NCBI GenBank assembly: GCA_017654855.1
Contig: CM030337.1
Location: 1,302,001 to 1,366,000, forward strand
Source of the DNA: Podospora anserina
Taxonomy: Eukaryota
Direction: 5' to 3'
DNA length: 64,000 bases
Part shown: piece by piece, positions 49,976-62,620 of the stretch
How the letters are laid out: each line of letters starts with the position of its first letter
Position numbering within the stretch: the stretch's first letter is position 1
Notes under the pieces: model-generated
Seen by the model: only the letters and a program-made list of their open reading frames with translations
Told to the model about the DNA's origin: nothing
The model's database searches: none
Made by a program: the position numbers and the translations under genes

Positions 49976-50978
49976 GATGGATTTGTTTGCTTAAGGTAGG
50001 TATCTGGTTGACGGTGATGTGGGCTTGGGAATGGGTTGTTGTTTGGTAGCAGAGCTGTTCGAATGCGTGGTGGTCAAATGGTGAAGTAGATGTTCGGTCA
50101 TTGTTTATATGTGTGGCAGTTGATGATGTCACGTATGACCTGCCGAGAGGTGCCCCTTTACTCAGTGACATCACGATTGTCAAAGCCGTGCACCACCCAG
50201 TCATGAGAGTCGGTGATCAGCTCCCAAGTGATTCAATTGGCTCTTCTGTGTTGACCATATTTGAAAAGAAAAGGAAACTCGTTGCATCACTTCGTGGCAT
50301 CATGTCGTGAAGAATAGGGGTTAGGGGTCAGCTAGGACTCAGGGGGAATGCAAGGGTTAGGGTGGACACATCTCTCTTTGCCTGACAACCAATGAATACC
50401 AGGTATGGCTCCTGTTCCCTCATGTATGTTGTGTGAGAGCAAATTATGAATATTTACCATTCTGACATGTGGTTTGAAGAGCCAATGACTTTGAATTGAG
50501 GCATCTATGGTCGCTGATCAGGAATCTGGATGCATGAACCCCCTGAAGCAGCTATCCCAACGCCAAAACGGTCAAATGGGAAGATATTTGAAGGTCTAGA
50601 TCTTGATTTATACGTCTGTAAATCATCTGCACGCTCGTTCCTTGTAGCTGCTGACATGGTATGTGGTGTAGTGGTCTTGAAATCTTCTCAGCATCGACCT
50701 GAGGAATAATGTTAGCACGCCGCTGGCCTACATCAGCGCACCTGGCCATGCCGTATGCTTCATAAAATGTGCGTACTGAAGAAAAGTAATAAGTTCAAAT
50801 GTGTGAAAGTATCTTGGAAGATATTGGCCACTGGTAATTCATGCCCCTCCGTTGTTCTGCTCATCAATCTTGCTGGAAGGCTGTCACATGTCTGAAGAAG
50901 CTTGCCTTACGCCCCTTCTTCCAAAGGAGAAATAACACAGCACCTTCCTTGACTGTTCAAGAAAGAGTGAATGAACCT

Positions 50979-51554
50979 CTAATTAGAGCACAGAACCACC
51001 GCCGCCACCAAGGCACCCAGCGCCAAAAACACACTCTGATGCTTCTCCTTCTTTTTCCGCCTCCTCCTCTCCTCCTCCTCCCGTTCCTCTTCCCACCTCC
51101 TCCTAGCTTCATACTCTGACCTTCCCCCATAGCCCCCCCTAGGATAAGACTTTTCATGAGGATGATGAACTGTGTACTCCTCTACACTCTCCACATCACC
51201 GTCATCATCATAGTAATTCCGCGCCCTTGTAACCGTGGTGTGTTGATGGTGGCGGGGGTGATGATCAGATGGTAATGGCCTCCGGAGGACAACAGCCTGG
51301 CTCTCATCGTAGGTGGGAGGAGGGGTGGCATCCGAACAGCAGCAGGTGGAAGGGCAGGTGGAGCATGATGATACAGAAGGGGAGGGTGAGCGCCGGCAAG
51401 GGCGGTCACGGCGTCTGTGTGATGATCGCCGGGGATGATGGTCGCGATAATCGCGATCATAATCGCGAGCATAATCCCGCTCCCGCTCCCGCTCGCGGTC
51501 ATATCGCCGCCGTGGTCGGGAGGAGGAAGAGTCTGAGTAGGTTGATCCAGGCAT
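50979..51554 (-). CDS. Arg/Asp/Ser-rich small protein with C-terminal hydrophobic tail (191 aa)
   Basis: MPGSTYSDSSSSRPRRRYDRERERERDY..., a CSTCPSTCCC cluster, PPPTY, a charged stretch and terminal VFLALGALVAAVVLCSN. Single exon. Confidence 0.6.
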   Translation of the reverse strand: MPGSTYSDSSSSRPRRRYDRERERERDYARDYDRDYRDHHPRRSSHRRRDRPCRRSPSPSVSSCSTCPSTCCCSDATPPPTYDESQAVVLRRPLPSDHHPRHHQHTTVTRARNYYDDDGDVESVEEYTVHHPHEKSYPRGGYGGRSEYEARRRWEEEREEEERRRRKKKEKHQSVFLALGALVAAVVLCSN

Positions 51555-52750
51555 CCTTCTGGTCGGTTTGTGTTGTAAAGTGATGACGGTCTCACAAGAA
51601 GAACTGATTCTGGGTAAATGTTGGATGGTTTTATGAGACGAGATGTATTTTTGGAGTTGTGAAAAGGGAAGGATCACAAGTTTTGGAAACGCGAAAGGAT
51701 TCGCAACTGACAAATGTATATGGCAATGCCAACCGTTGACTGTGACTGGTTGGCTGGTTGGTTGGTAAATCCGAAGATCGCCACTCAAACTCACCGAGGT
51801 CGAGTGATTGAGCACCAAGTTCAAATAGGTGGTATTCAAGCAGGCAGATGAGAGAGCCTTAGAGCCTCAATTCTGCAATTGATAAAGTGCACAACTGCGC
51901 AAGCCCACCCTTTTCTCATTCACCGTGTTACTCACCTTCGACTTTCCTGGCTGACTGGCCTGTCTGTCACAGCCAAGAAGGTGAAACCAACACTTTGCGA
52001 TGAGCGGGAGGCCCAGAGCCTCGCCGCGCAATCAATGGCTGCATGCCGCCCTCTTTCCTCGGGCGATGCGGCTCAGTTACTGTGCAGCAAGCAGCCATTC
52101 ACCATAGGTCTCAACATACAAGACAAGGCAGGCAGCCACCATCTCTTTCACCGCCCACCACCTCAGACGAGAATGACACTTTGTTGCCTGACTGCCTCGT
52201 GAGGCCGCCATGCGAACAACCCTCACCTCCTCCAGTTCAAAAGTCGGAGAGCGATCTCTAGGGAAAAGACAACACCCCGGATAACAACAACGGGAATGCG
52301 GGCGGGGGGGGTGCGTACGCCTGTACGTTGAAAAAAGAATGAAGACGTATCTGAACCCCTGCTGGGTTGGGGGTCGTCAACGTCCTCCGGCAGTTGAGAC
52401 GATCACCGTTAGGGAAATCACCACCGGTCTTCCAGGGGTGGTGGGAGGCCAAGCGGCTCACATGGATCATCAACACCACCACCACCACCACCACAATGTT
52501 GGCCAAACCCTGGCTATCTCAGCGGGTAACGGGCCTCAATCTGAACAAAAGAAGCGGGGCAGATGGTATCACAAGAACAAGGTCCCGGTTTTCGGGCCCT
52601 CACCGCATCTCTCAATGCTGCTGCTGTCCGCCCGCCCCGCCCGACCGCCATGCTGCCCTCCGGAGTGGGTTTGCGTTGCTGTGTGTACAATCGCCCAAAC
52701 CGCCAAAAATCAAACCCAATTCTCTCTCTACTTTCTCACCAAAACCAATG

Positions 52751-52773
52751 AAAAAAAAAAAAAAAAAAAAAAA
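52751..52773. repeat. A23 homopolymer
   Basis: Read directly from the sequence. Confidence 0.85.
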
Positions 52774-55700
52774 AGAGGCGGTGTCAAAGCGGAGCATTAG
52801 GTTCATCTTTCATTTTTATTTTACCTCGCTTTGTATCGGGCACTTTTGGACTTTGGCATCGTCGTGTCTTGGCTTCAGACCATTAACTATCTAGTACCTA
52901 AGGTGTGCCTACCCCTCCATTCCCATCCCAACTCCGTCCCTCCCGCCCCCTCCCCGAATGGTACATGCCATGTGGTGGATTGGTGATGATGTGTGTGGTG
53001 AACAATAATGGTGGAGTATCACAACAGGTCGATATTATCATGTCATCCAACATGATCGCGACCTGACTTTTCCCCGCCCCGCCCCCCCCCCACCCTCTCT
53101 CTCGCCGTGGGGTTGGTTGGGTTCAGGTAACCCCACCATCTGCGCGATCGCAAGACGAAAAATATCGCGATGAGACAGAGACATTGCCAGGTGCCTAGGG
53201 TGACATTTTTTGTGTGAGCTCTCACGGCATGAGCTTCTGAGTTGAGTTTTGTCTTTCCGAGCCAGTGAGATCAGATCTATCCCTCATGCGGTGGGATATG
53301 TCTCGCACAGATATGCCCACGATATCCAGGAGGGAAGACATGTAGATAACCGAACCTACCTAACCTGTCCGGTCAAACTCACACCGACAGGGCACGTGGT
53401 AGATCTCGAGACAACAACTGCATACAAGACACACACATCCCCAAATGCTGTAGTAAGGAGATCCAGTTGAATCCGGTCACACCAAAAAAAACAAAAAACC
53501 ACCACCGCCTTCCGGCACCCGCAACGGCGCGTATCGGCTACCTGCTGCATCAAACACAACCGGGGGGCACACTCATGAGCCATAACTCTGCATGTCCTTT
53601 TTTTGAGCCTTTGGGGACCCCTACCCTACCCGGTGAAGGGGGGAGCCCGGCAATTGCAAGACCACGTTGCTATTTGTTGAAGACTGCGCCGCGAGGTCTG
53701 GCCATCTTTGTCGACCCCGGCCTTGCTGTGCCTCACTCGAGATGTCGTGGGACAAAAGGCTTACACCGTATCTGTCCGTGGGGGAAATGATGTAGACCTG
53801 CTGCATCTTCGTCCGAGAGATCAAAGACAACACAGAGGTGGTAATACTATCACACCCTAGATTGTGTACGTTGTGTGTGTGTGTGTGTGTGCTGGCGTGC
53901 CACTACACCAGATCTGGCTATTGTGAAGTCTGGCCAGACCTTTTGTTCAACTTCAGACTCAGAAGGGGGCTTCCCGTTGAGGTATAACCCATGATCCCAT
54001 CCACCACTCGAACCATCTCTCTCGGTGCGGATTCCTGTCATGCTTTCTTTTTCCCTCGCCTACCCAACCATGACCGGTATATCCGGCCAAGGAACCGCCC
54101 CCCCCCCTTTACCTCACTGTCGGGACAACATCTCGGGACTCCCCTAGCCCCTCACAAGCTTGCAAGCTCGTCATTTTTTTTCAGCCTCAAATTTGCCTCC
54201 CTTGTGGAGTACGTACGGCGCAAAGCTCGGTTGTGAAAGGAGTTAAGCCAGCATCAATGCGTGTGCGGCTGACCAGGAGAAGTTTTCCAGAAAAGTCTGG
54301 GTCCTTGGTCGTTGAGAATGGAGTTCGGTTAGAGTTGTCGAAGTCTCAGCTCGTCCCATAACACTTTCCGGGTGAATTGGCCGAGATGGTGGGGTACGGA
54401 GGTCCCGGTCCTTTTGTTCTTTTCTTTTTCAGCCTTGGGGAGACGAAACTCATGATCTGATCTGGGGTCATCCATTTAGTAGGAAAAGAAAAAACACAAC
54501 GTGTGTGATAAGCTTGGCGGGGATAGACTGGTTACGCTGGTTGGTGGATAGGGTTTGTTGGTCAGAATGGTCTGATGAGGGATAGAGACGGATTCCGACT
54601 GTCTCGGTTGTTCTGGACTCTTTGAACCTTGTTGTCTACGAGATATATTCGTGAACGGGTTGTACGCAGTATGTAGGTCTGATGCAGGTCTTCTCAAAGC
54701 AGCGAAGCCCGCATAATCGGACGAGGCGGCTGGGTATAATGGAACGGACCAATTGTTTGCGCATATGCTGTGTGTCCTCTCTTCTTGTTTATATTGAACG
54801 ATATGTCAATGCCGATGGTTCCACCAGCCTGGAACAGATTTTGTCGCCGCCCGCGAGTGTGATGTTGTTACCAACAAGACAGACACAGGAGAATGCTGTA
54901 TCTTGACTGGTCGGTTGGGCGATCGGGCTATGCGATTGGAACCTCATGGCTGGCCACGCGCCACTTGGCAGGGGATCTTCCCGGCTGTCTGCCATGTGGT
55001 TGGTGAGGGGGGGCCGGCCAGAAAGGAAAAGGGCTGGGAAGGGGCACAGTTGCGATGCCGCTTTACCCCTGCTTTTGCTGGAGGACGATGGGAGGAGAAT
55101 GAGAAGAGTTCCTGATGTGAGCAGATGCTGTGTGGTTCTCGATTTGTCAACAACGTGAAGTTGGGCGGGAGTCTCCCAAGCCATGTTACCGCAAGGTCAA
55201 TGTTGATGGCAGTGTAGCCTCGTCGTTGTCAATTGTTGCGGACCCCCCCTGGCCTGCACGTGGCATCCAGGTGCGGCTGGGGGGGTTTGTCGCGCGTGAA
55301 AGTTATCTGTTTTCTGCCGCCGTCGTCTCTTCCTCCTCTCCTCAGGTTGGTTGAGTGGCTCCACTCAGACGGCCAAGCTTGGAGGGTGAGCACAAAAACC
55401 ACGTGGCGTGGTCCCGCACAAAGTACCAGTACATTGCACCGCTGTGCCCGCTGTTCTCGTCCAAGATTACAGGGAGCGAACGCCTTCTGAAGAAAAGAGA
55501 AAAAACCCCTCTTCGTGCGTGTGAAGACAACCCGTCTCCCCGGCCTTCCAGGTTGTGTTTCCACCGGGCATGGGGGAGCATTTCTCGCCGTCATCGACAC
55601 CTAGGCTCAAAATGGTGTAATTCAAAAGCAAAGAGATCGCTTGTTGCATCGCATCATTTCGATTTCGAGAAGAAAAGGCTTCTTTTCCCATGGGGGTGAC

Positions 55701-58700
55701 GATCTGCCAAGTGGTGCTGTTGCCGCCAGTAGATTAATTGACTAGATGGATGCGGGTGTTGGTGCTCACCTTCACTACGGTAGAGTCGCATCACTGCTAT
55801 TGCCGTTGAAAGTCCGTAGCCGCTCCAATTGAAGACGCGACAGCGGTAAAGTGGTCGGGAACCGCATCCCGGAATGGGGATGGTGAGGGAAGCATGAACC
55901 TGCAGCATCAGCCCAGAGCTGGTTGATGAATCATGAAGCTGTGCATCAGTCCCTGAAGAGAGGGTTTTTTTCTTTTTTTCTTTTTGGGAGCTCCTGCTGG
56001 CTTGGGTAAAGATCGTCAGTTGCCGAGCGGTTTCGCACGCTGGACGCAATGGCTGCATCGCAAGCTTCGAAATCGGAGTCTTGAAAATGGCGGTATGAAC
56101 TGTGAGAGCAAGGGTATCATGACCATTCAAAAGGCAGTCGTTCTCGCAGTCACACCGATTCTGCAGTTTTATACTGTGAATTCTCAGATTCTGTCATTTT
56201 TTTCTCGTCGACCTTTTCGTTGGAATTTGACGACTGTCCAGATACGATCAGCAGGATGCCGTGACCCCTGGCCGGTATTCCCCGCACAATCTGACGTACA
56301 TACAACATGGCAACCTGCAAGGAGCTCCGAGGAGGGCAAAAAAAAAACGTGGAATTTTTCTCGTTTCTTTTTAGAAAACGGAGATCCGATGGCTGGGTGC
56401 ACGATGTGATTGTGCCAGCAGCGAACGCCACCGTCTATCGACAACCCAACAACTTGTACCGAGATGATGGACCATGGAGCGATGGGGCCAACAAGACACC
56501 CCACGGAGTTGCTGATAACATTTCCCCTCACGTGGTGGTTCGGAGTGGAGGTTGAGCAACCGATCAACCGAGAGCCTCCACTGAGGGCTGTATCAGATCA
56601 TGAGCGATTGCAGCGATGGCCCTGCCGTTTGAAGCTCCCCTCTCCCTTCACTATCTCGGAGCGTCCGAAATTTCCTCTTTTGCCAGTTATTCCACTCTCT
56701 CAAATTCGAAACTGACGATTACGTCACCTCAACTGCTTATCGCTGTTGACAGGTCGAGGTTCGGAGAGTTTGACAGCGGGGACCTGAATTGAGGCTGCGA
56801 AACAGTCGTTCGGCTTGGCTGTTGTATCTGTGAACAAAGAAACAGAAAGCTTCACCATTAACCCTAGACTTCTTCTTTCACACAAAATGTCATAATTATG
56901 CGGCTTATTGCGTCGGCATTCTCTCATCGTCCTAGATAGATATATACATACCTTAAGGTACCGTCTTAGCGAGGATACAACCCCAGAGTGGGTCGCAAGA
57001 GTTGGACATGCGAAACACAGTCGCCGTTCACTTTTCCATCGTCCACTAAGGACCTAAAGGAATAAGCCCTACCAGCGAGCCTGGCCGTTTCTCTCGCAAG
57101 TTATGCCGGAAAAGACGAGGTAATCGCCGAAACTACACGGAGCCCATGTGTGCTGCATCATCGCGGGAGAGCTTCGTCAATGTTTTTGAAACCTGCCACG
57201 GCGGAGCGAAGCTTTTGGAACAGAGCCCCTAGAAGCCCACATTCATGCGTTGCAAAAACCTTACGAGAGATACGACTGCTCAGAGAAAAAAATGTGATAT
57301 ACGCAGTGAGAACAACAGTCAGGAAGCGTAGAGGCGTGGGGTTTGGAACCAGCCCGCAGATCAGTCATGGCTTTCCTGTCTTCCAATAATAGCTGTTTCC
57401 AAAACTGGCGATCATATTCTGGCGTTGCACAATGGTGGGAGAATGAAGAAACGCACGGTCAGCAGAGAAACGGGCGACGACGTGCAACGAAGCACCTCAC
57501 GGAGAGTCAATGGTGTTCAGATGGGTTTTCCCGTTGTTGGGATGAAAGCTGGCGGTAGGTAGTGGGGTGGCTGGCTGGTGGTGGCCTAAAAGAGGAGGCG
57601 GTGGATGGATTACGAGAAGGTTTGTCCATCTGCCAATTGTTGCGCTCTCGCTGGTGTCTGCTGAAGATTGTGACCCTCAATCAGATGGGGCCCTTCTCCC
57701 ACTGTCTGGTTCCACCCAGTGAGGGGTGCTTCTTGTTCCAAACGGGCTAGGCTGTGTCTGATACCCCTGCAAAAGAGGAAACCCTGTAAGCCATGTGCCT
57801 TGTTCGGCATAGCATTCGCTCCACCACATGGCTCCTGTGCTTCCCGCACCCTGCCCGTTCACTCGCTGCTCCCCCTCGGCGCTCCGTCACCGCGGTCACC
57901 GCCCACAGTTTTTTTCAAGCCACCGCCTTGCGAGGGGGGGGGAAAAAACCAGAAGGGAAACCGCCACATGAAGGTCGGCGGTAGCACTGCAAGTGGCGGT
58001 CGTCATTCAACGAGAAAAAAAGAATGGGAGCGATTGGAAGGGCCGAGTTCCACGCGACTGCAGCTCGCTTGGGGGGAGGAGCGGGTACACCTTCATGCTG
58101 CAACGCCGTTGATGATATTCCTGGGCCTCCTCCACAAAGCGGTAAGAAGGGCTGCGGTGTCTGACCTGGGGGAGGGGAGGGCTACGTCCAAGTTTTATAT
58201 CTTGATATTGCAGTTGGTTGGTTGATGGCAGTTTCCGACCTAACCCAGCGCTACGTCCGGGGCTGGTGAGATGCTGAAACACGGCCATGCGCTGGGATTT
58301 GAGCTGTAATATCAGCCACTTTTACCTGGCAAGCAAGCACCAAGTGAAAGGGGCACCGTGTTCACGGCGTCCGGCGTCCGGCGTCCGGAAAACAAACAAA
58401 GAAAGGACAGCCCAAGTTTCGCTAAACGGCAAGCGGCAGAGGCGGGCAGGAAGAGAGAGGGAGAAGAAGGAGAAGGTGAGGTGAGGGTACCTTGGCCAGT
58501 CGCTTGGCTTGGCTCTTGGGTACCTGTACATGACTTGGCGAGAGGTATTCCGCACTGCACCGACCTGGCCATGGGCCAAGAGTCCATAGCCCACCCCATG
58601 CACCCACGCTATTTTGTCTTGACCCCTCGAGCCCTCTTTTTATTTGAACCAGCCAGTCCCGCCGCGGCACGCACACCCTTCCCATAGAATATTCCACCGA

Positions 58701-58734
58701 TTGCTTGCAATGTGTACGTAGCTGCTGCTAGTAG

Positions 58735-60947
58735 ATGGCCGCGACGTCCAACAATAAAACATCGACCACATCGCCCACGGATACTAATCTTCAATCGCCC
58801 ACCCTCCCGAGCGACAACCCCTCGCCTGTCGGTCCCGGTCTGTTGGCTACCCAAGTTCCAGCACTACAAGCCGCCGTGTCCACCTCCACTCCCGCTTACA
58901 CTCCCACCACCACCACCACCTCCACCTCCGCCTTCACCTCCGCGCCATCACCGTCGCCATCGTCCACCATCGCCCACCGCCCACACCACTCCAGCAGCCC
59001 CTCCACCATCTCGTTGCGCGCGGCTGGTTTTCTGGGCTTCTTTGACAGAACGCTCTCGGGCAAATCCGAGCCCAGAGTCCGTTCGCGCCAATCGCTCAGC
59101 CGTCTTTCGACTGGCCCCGAGGCTCTCGCCACTCTTGCTGCCGTCAGTGGCATCCAGCCTGGCCAGTCGAGCCCCGAGAGACCTCCTCGCAGCATCCGAT
59201 CGGCGTCGCAGTCGACCAGGAACCCCCCCTCTCAGCCTTACAGCGAAACCGACCCAAGCAGACCCGAACCGACTCTTGTCGGTCGATTGGACAACAAAAT
59301 GCACCAAACATCGTCGAGGTTACTCCGCATGACGGATGATGATAGGCCGTTTACTAAAGTCAGTCTTTCTTGTTTGCAATCGCATTGTGCAGAGGTGGGC
59401 TCGGTCCTAACTAGCAAGTGTAGGACTTCAAGGATTTGTTTGCGACACTAATTGTCAGCCTTCTGCCACTGTCGGCCCATCGCGTACGACTGACCAAGAT
59501 TGAGCACACCTTTTTGTCTGAAGATGCCATCAACAATCTCGGATCGCTCAAATTCTCCCAATCCAACCGCATGCCTGATCCCAAGGACCCCTCCAGGATT
59601 GTGACAACCACCACCACAACGACGTTCTCCATGGCTAAGGACATGGCCCGTTCGATTTGTCAGAGGTTTCTGGAGGCGCGGTTTATCGAGTCGGCGGACG
59701 GGAGGTATCAGCAAGTATACACAATGAAGGGCTCGGTATGGCAGCTCACGCCTAAGGGCATCTCTATTTTGGACCGCTTCTGCTCAAGGAACGGCATTCA
59801 GCAAAAGCAGGTGGCCGAGCTCGTCGGTGCCTCGCTCCCACAGCTGGTATCTCTGGAGCGCGATGGGCAAACCGACAAGCTCCTCACAGACCGGGGAACT
59901 ATCGAGGTTATCTTCAGAAGATTCATCGGCGCTAACGGCCCCAATGTGAAGAGCAGCGTCAGCTCCGCCGACTCGGACTCGTTGAGCGACTACAAGGATG
60001 GCCTTACTGGGGTCAAGATGGCCGCGGAACGCAAGGTCGGAGGAAAGACGTTCAAGGATACCTTTACCGGAAAGTCAGCAACGGATTGGTTGATGGACTG
60101 CTCGACCACGGTCGACCGCCGGGAAACTATTGAGATCGCTTCTCTGTTTGTGGAATACGACCTTATGGAGGCTGTCCAGCAAGATCGCTCTCACATGTCC
60201 CAGTATCCCGCTCACAACCTTTTTCAACCAACAAAGCATGCCATTTATCAGGTTACGGCCAAGGGTAGGGATCTCGTGAACGGGGCTCTGGCCAGGGGGC
60301 GGCCATCAGAAAGCGACGGCCATAACACTAGAAGTGGTATCGCCAAGGATTCGAACACGCAACGTCTGGACAAGATTCTCAACGACCCCGCGCTGCGGTT
60401 GCTGTTCCGCGAGAACCTCCGTGAGACGCACTGCGAGGAGAACCTGTCCTTTTATATCGACGTGGACGAGTTTGTGCGCCAGTGCAGGACGGCCATCAAG
60501 TCGGTGCAAAGGACCCCTGCCAATGTGTCATCTCTGGATGGGATCAAGGAGATTATGGCCCAGGCTTATGGCATCTATAACGCATTCCTGGCTCCCGGTT
60601 CTCCCTGCGAGCTCAACATTGACCACCAGCTGCGTAACAATCTCGCCACCCGCATGACCAAGGCAGTCGGGCAGGATGTTGCCATGATTGATACGCTCCA
60701 CGAGGTCACCGCTCTGTTCGAGGATGCTCAAAACGCCGTCTTCAAGCTGATGGCTAGTGTACGTTTTTATTCTCCCGCACATCATGGTACTCTTTGCTAA
60801 CAAAATCTCCAGGATTCCGTCCCCAAGTTTTTGCGCAGCCCAAAGTACGAGCAGACATTGAAGAACTACAACTTTGACACGATCGGAGCCACCCACGGCC
60901 AGCCCCGTGTACCAGAACGGAGTCAAAGCAGGTCGAATCGCAAGTGA
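58735..60947 (+). CDS. flbA: Regulator of G-protein signalling FlbA/Rgs1 (DEP-DEP-RGS)
   Basis: MHQTSSRLLRMTDDDRPFTK|DFKDLFATL, TTTTTTFSMAKDMARSICQRF, DPALRLLFRENLRETHCEENLSFY, FLAPGSPCELNIDH, KLMAS|DSVPKF. Introns 59359-59423 and 60759-60812. Confidence 0.95.
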
Positions 60948-62256
60948 CAGCCCAAACGACTCTTGTCGTTGAGGCTTTTGCGGCCCCCACTTTTTTGGCA
61001 GGATATGCAGTGAACAGGATATGTATCCTTCACGCAAATTCAGAACAAACTCACTGGCAGTATGCATTTGATGTATAGCCAGATAATACGAACACGCTAC
61101 AAGAAATATTCTATCGTCGAGTTCTATTTCGGTGGGGGTGTGTACCAATCATGACTTGTCCGAGCTCATTGTTTGTGTTGACGAATAGAATATTTTATTT
61201 TTTTGCGTTGTCTCGTCTTTTTCCTGTCCGTTTGTCTCACTAATATAGTCATCGCGTTATGATATTCCCTTCTTTTTCTTCTTTGTTTGGGGAGGTTCTC
61301 TATGGGGATGTGTTGATCACGAAATGATGGGAAGGAAGGAAGGGAAATCATGGCGTTTTCGTTTTTTTTCGTTGTTGGGAGGGAGGGGGGGCGGGGGATG
61401 GATGGATGGATGGATGGATGGACAGGTTGGTAGCATAGATTTTGGGGGAGGGAAAGGGGGGTTGAGGAAGCTGGTTGTATTGGCATTTACATATTATACC
61501 TTTTTCTTTTACTTACCACTACACACGTACACAACGTTTTTTTTTTGTGGCGGGGAGGGGGGTTCATCATTGCGAAGTTAAGGGGGGGTAAAGCGGGGAG
61601 GAAATGTAAATTGAAAATAGTGCGTGGGGGGGATATGCGGATGAAACATGGAGGCATTGTGTAGGACATGGCTGGGAGGAAGAAGATACTCAGAGAATGG
61701 GGGATAAGAAATGAAAACAAAGTATTAAACTTTGTTGCTGTGTTTTGTTTTTGTTTTGGTGACATGAGAAGAGGAAGTAAACAAACCTGATGTGAAAAGG
61801 GGGCGTAGGGAGGTAGGAATGCAATTTTCGCTTGGCGAGGCGTGAAAGATGCCGTTTCATGTTGGAATGTATCCCCGCATTTCACTGAATAATTCCCAGC
61901 GTGCCGGTTAGGGTTGGTTATTGGATTGTTTTGGTGGATTGAACTGTTTATTGGCTGTGGATGGAATTGATGCACGGGTTTGAGGTGGTGTGATCCGGGG
62001 TGCTGGGACAATGTATGGTGGTTGCCATGCCATGGGCGTTATAATCTAGGGATGGACGACGGGCAAGATAAAAAGATGGGATGGGCGCGCAGTTATCGGA
62101 GGGGTTGGTTTTTTGTTTTGTTACTTACTGTCGTCCACGCTCATTATATCCCACGGCTTGAGACACACTACTTGCAAACACATCAAGACCAACATCTTTC
62201 AGGCAAGATACATTATCTACACTCACCACCACAACCACGTTATCATTATCGTCAAG

Positions 62257-62620
62257 ATGCAGCTCCTCGCCCTTGTTCTCTTCGTCACGGCCACCTTGGC
62301 CGCCGCCAGCACAGAGCAACAGCCCTTCCGCAGACAGGTCGGCTCCAACTCGACGCTTGTTGTCGTGCAAGCGGCTGAGACTGGTGTATGTTTTCGCCTT
62401 CATTTCCCTCCTCTTACTCCACTGACACTGACATATCATCCTCCAGGCCTTCCGCGCAGGCGCCCCCCTCCCAACAGACGGCCTCGGCGCCGGCCGCTTC
62501 GCAGGTGACAGCGGATCTGGCTTCTTCGAGGTCTCGGGCGCGCCCAGCTCAACATTCACCGCAATTGGAGGGTTGCTGGGCGTGGTTAGTGCTGTGGTAG
62601 GCGGTGTTATGCTGCTCTAA
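62257..62620 (+). CDS. Small secreted, probably GPI-anchored protein (100 aa, 2 exons)
   Basis: Signal peptide MQLLALVLFVTATLAA. Intron 62386-62446 (GTATGT...CTGAC...CAG). C-terminus EVSGAPSSTFTAIGGLLGVVSAVVGGVMLL* resembles an omega site plus hydrophobic tail. Confidence 0.75.
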
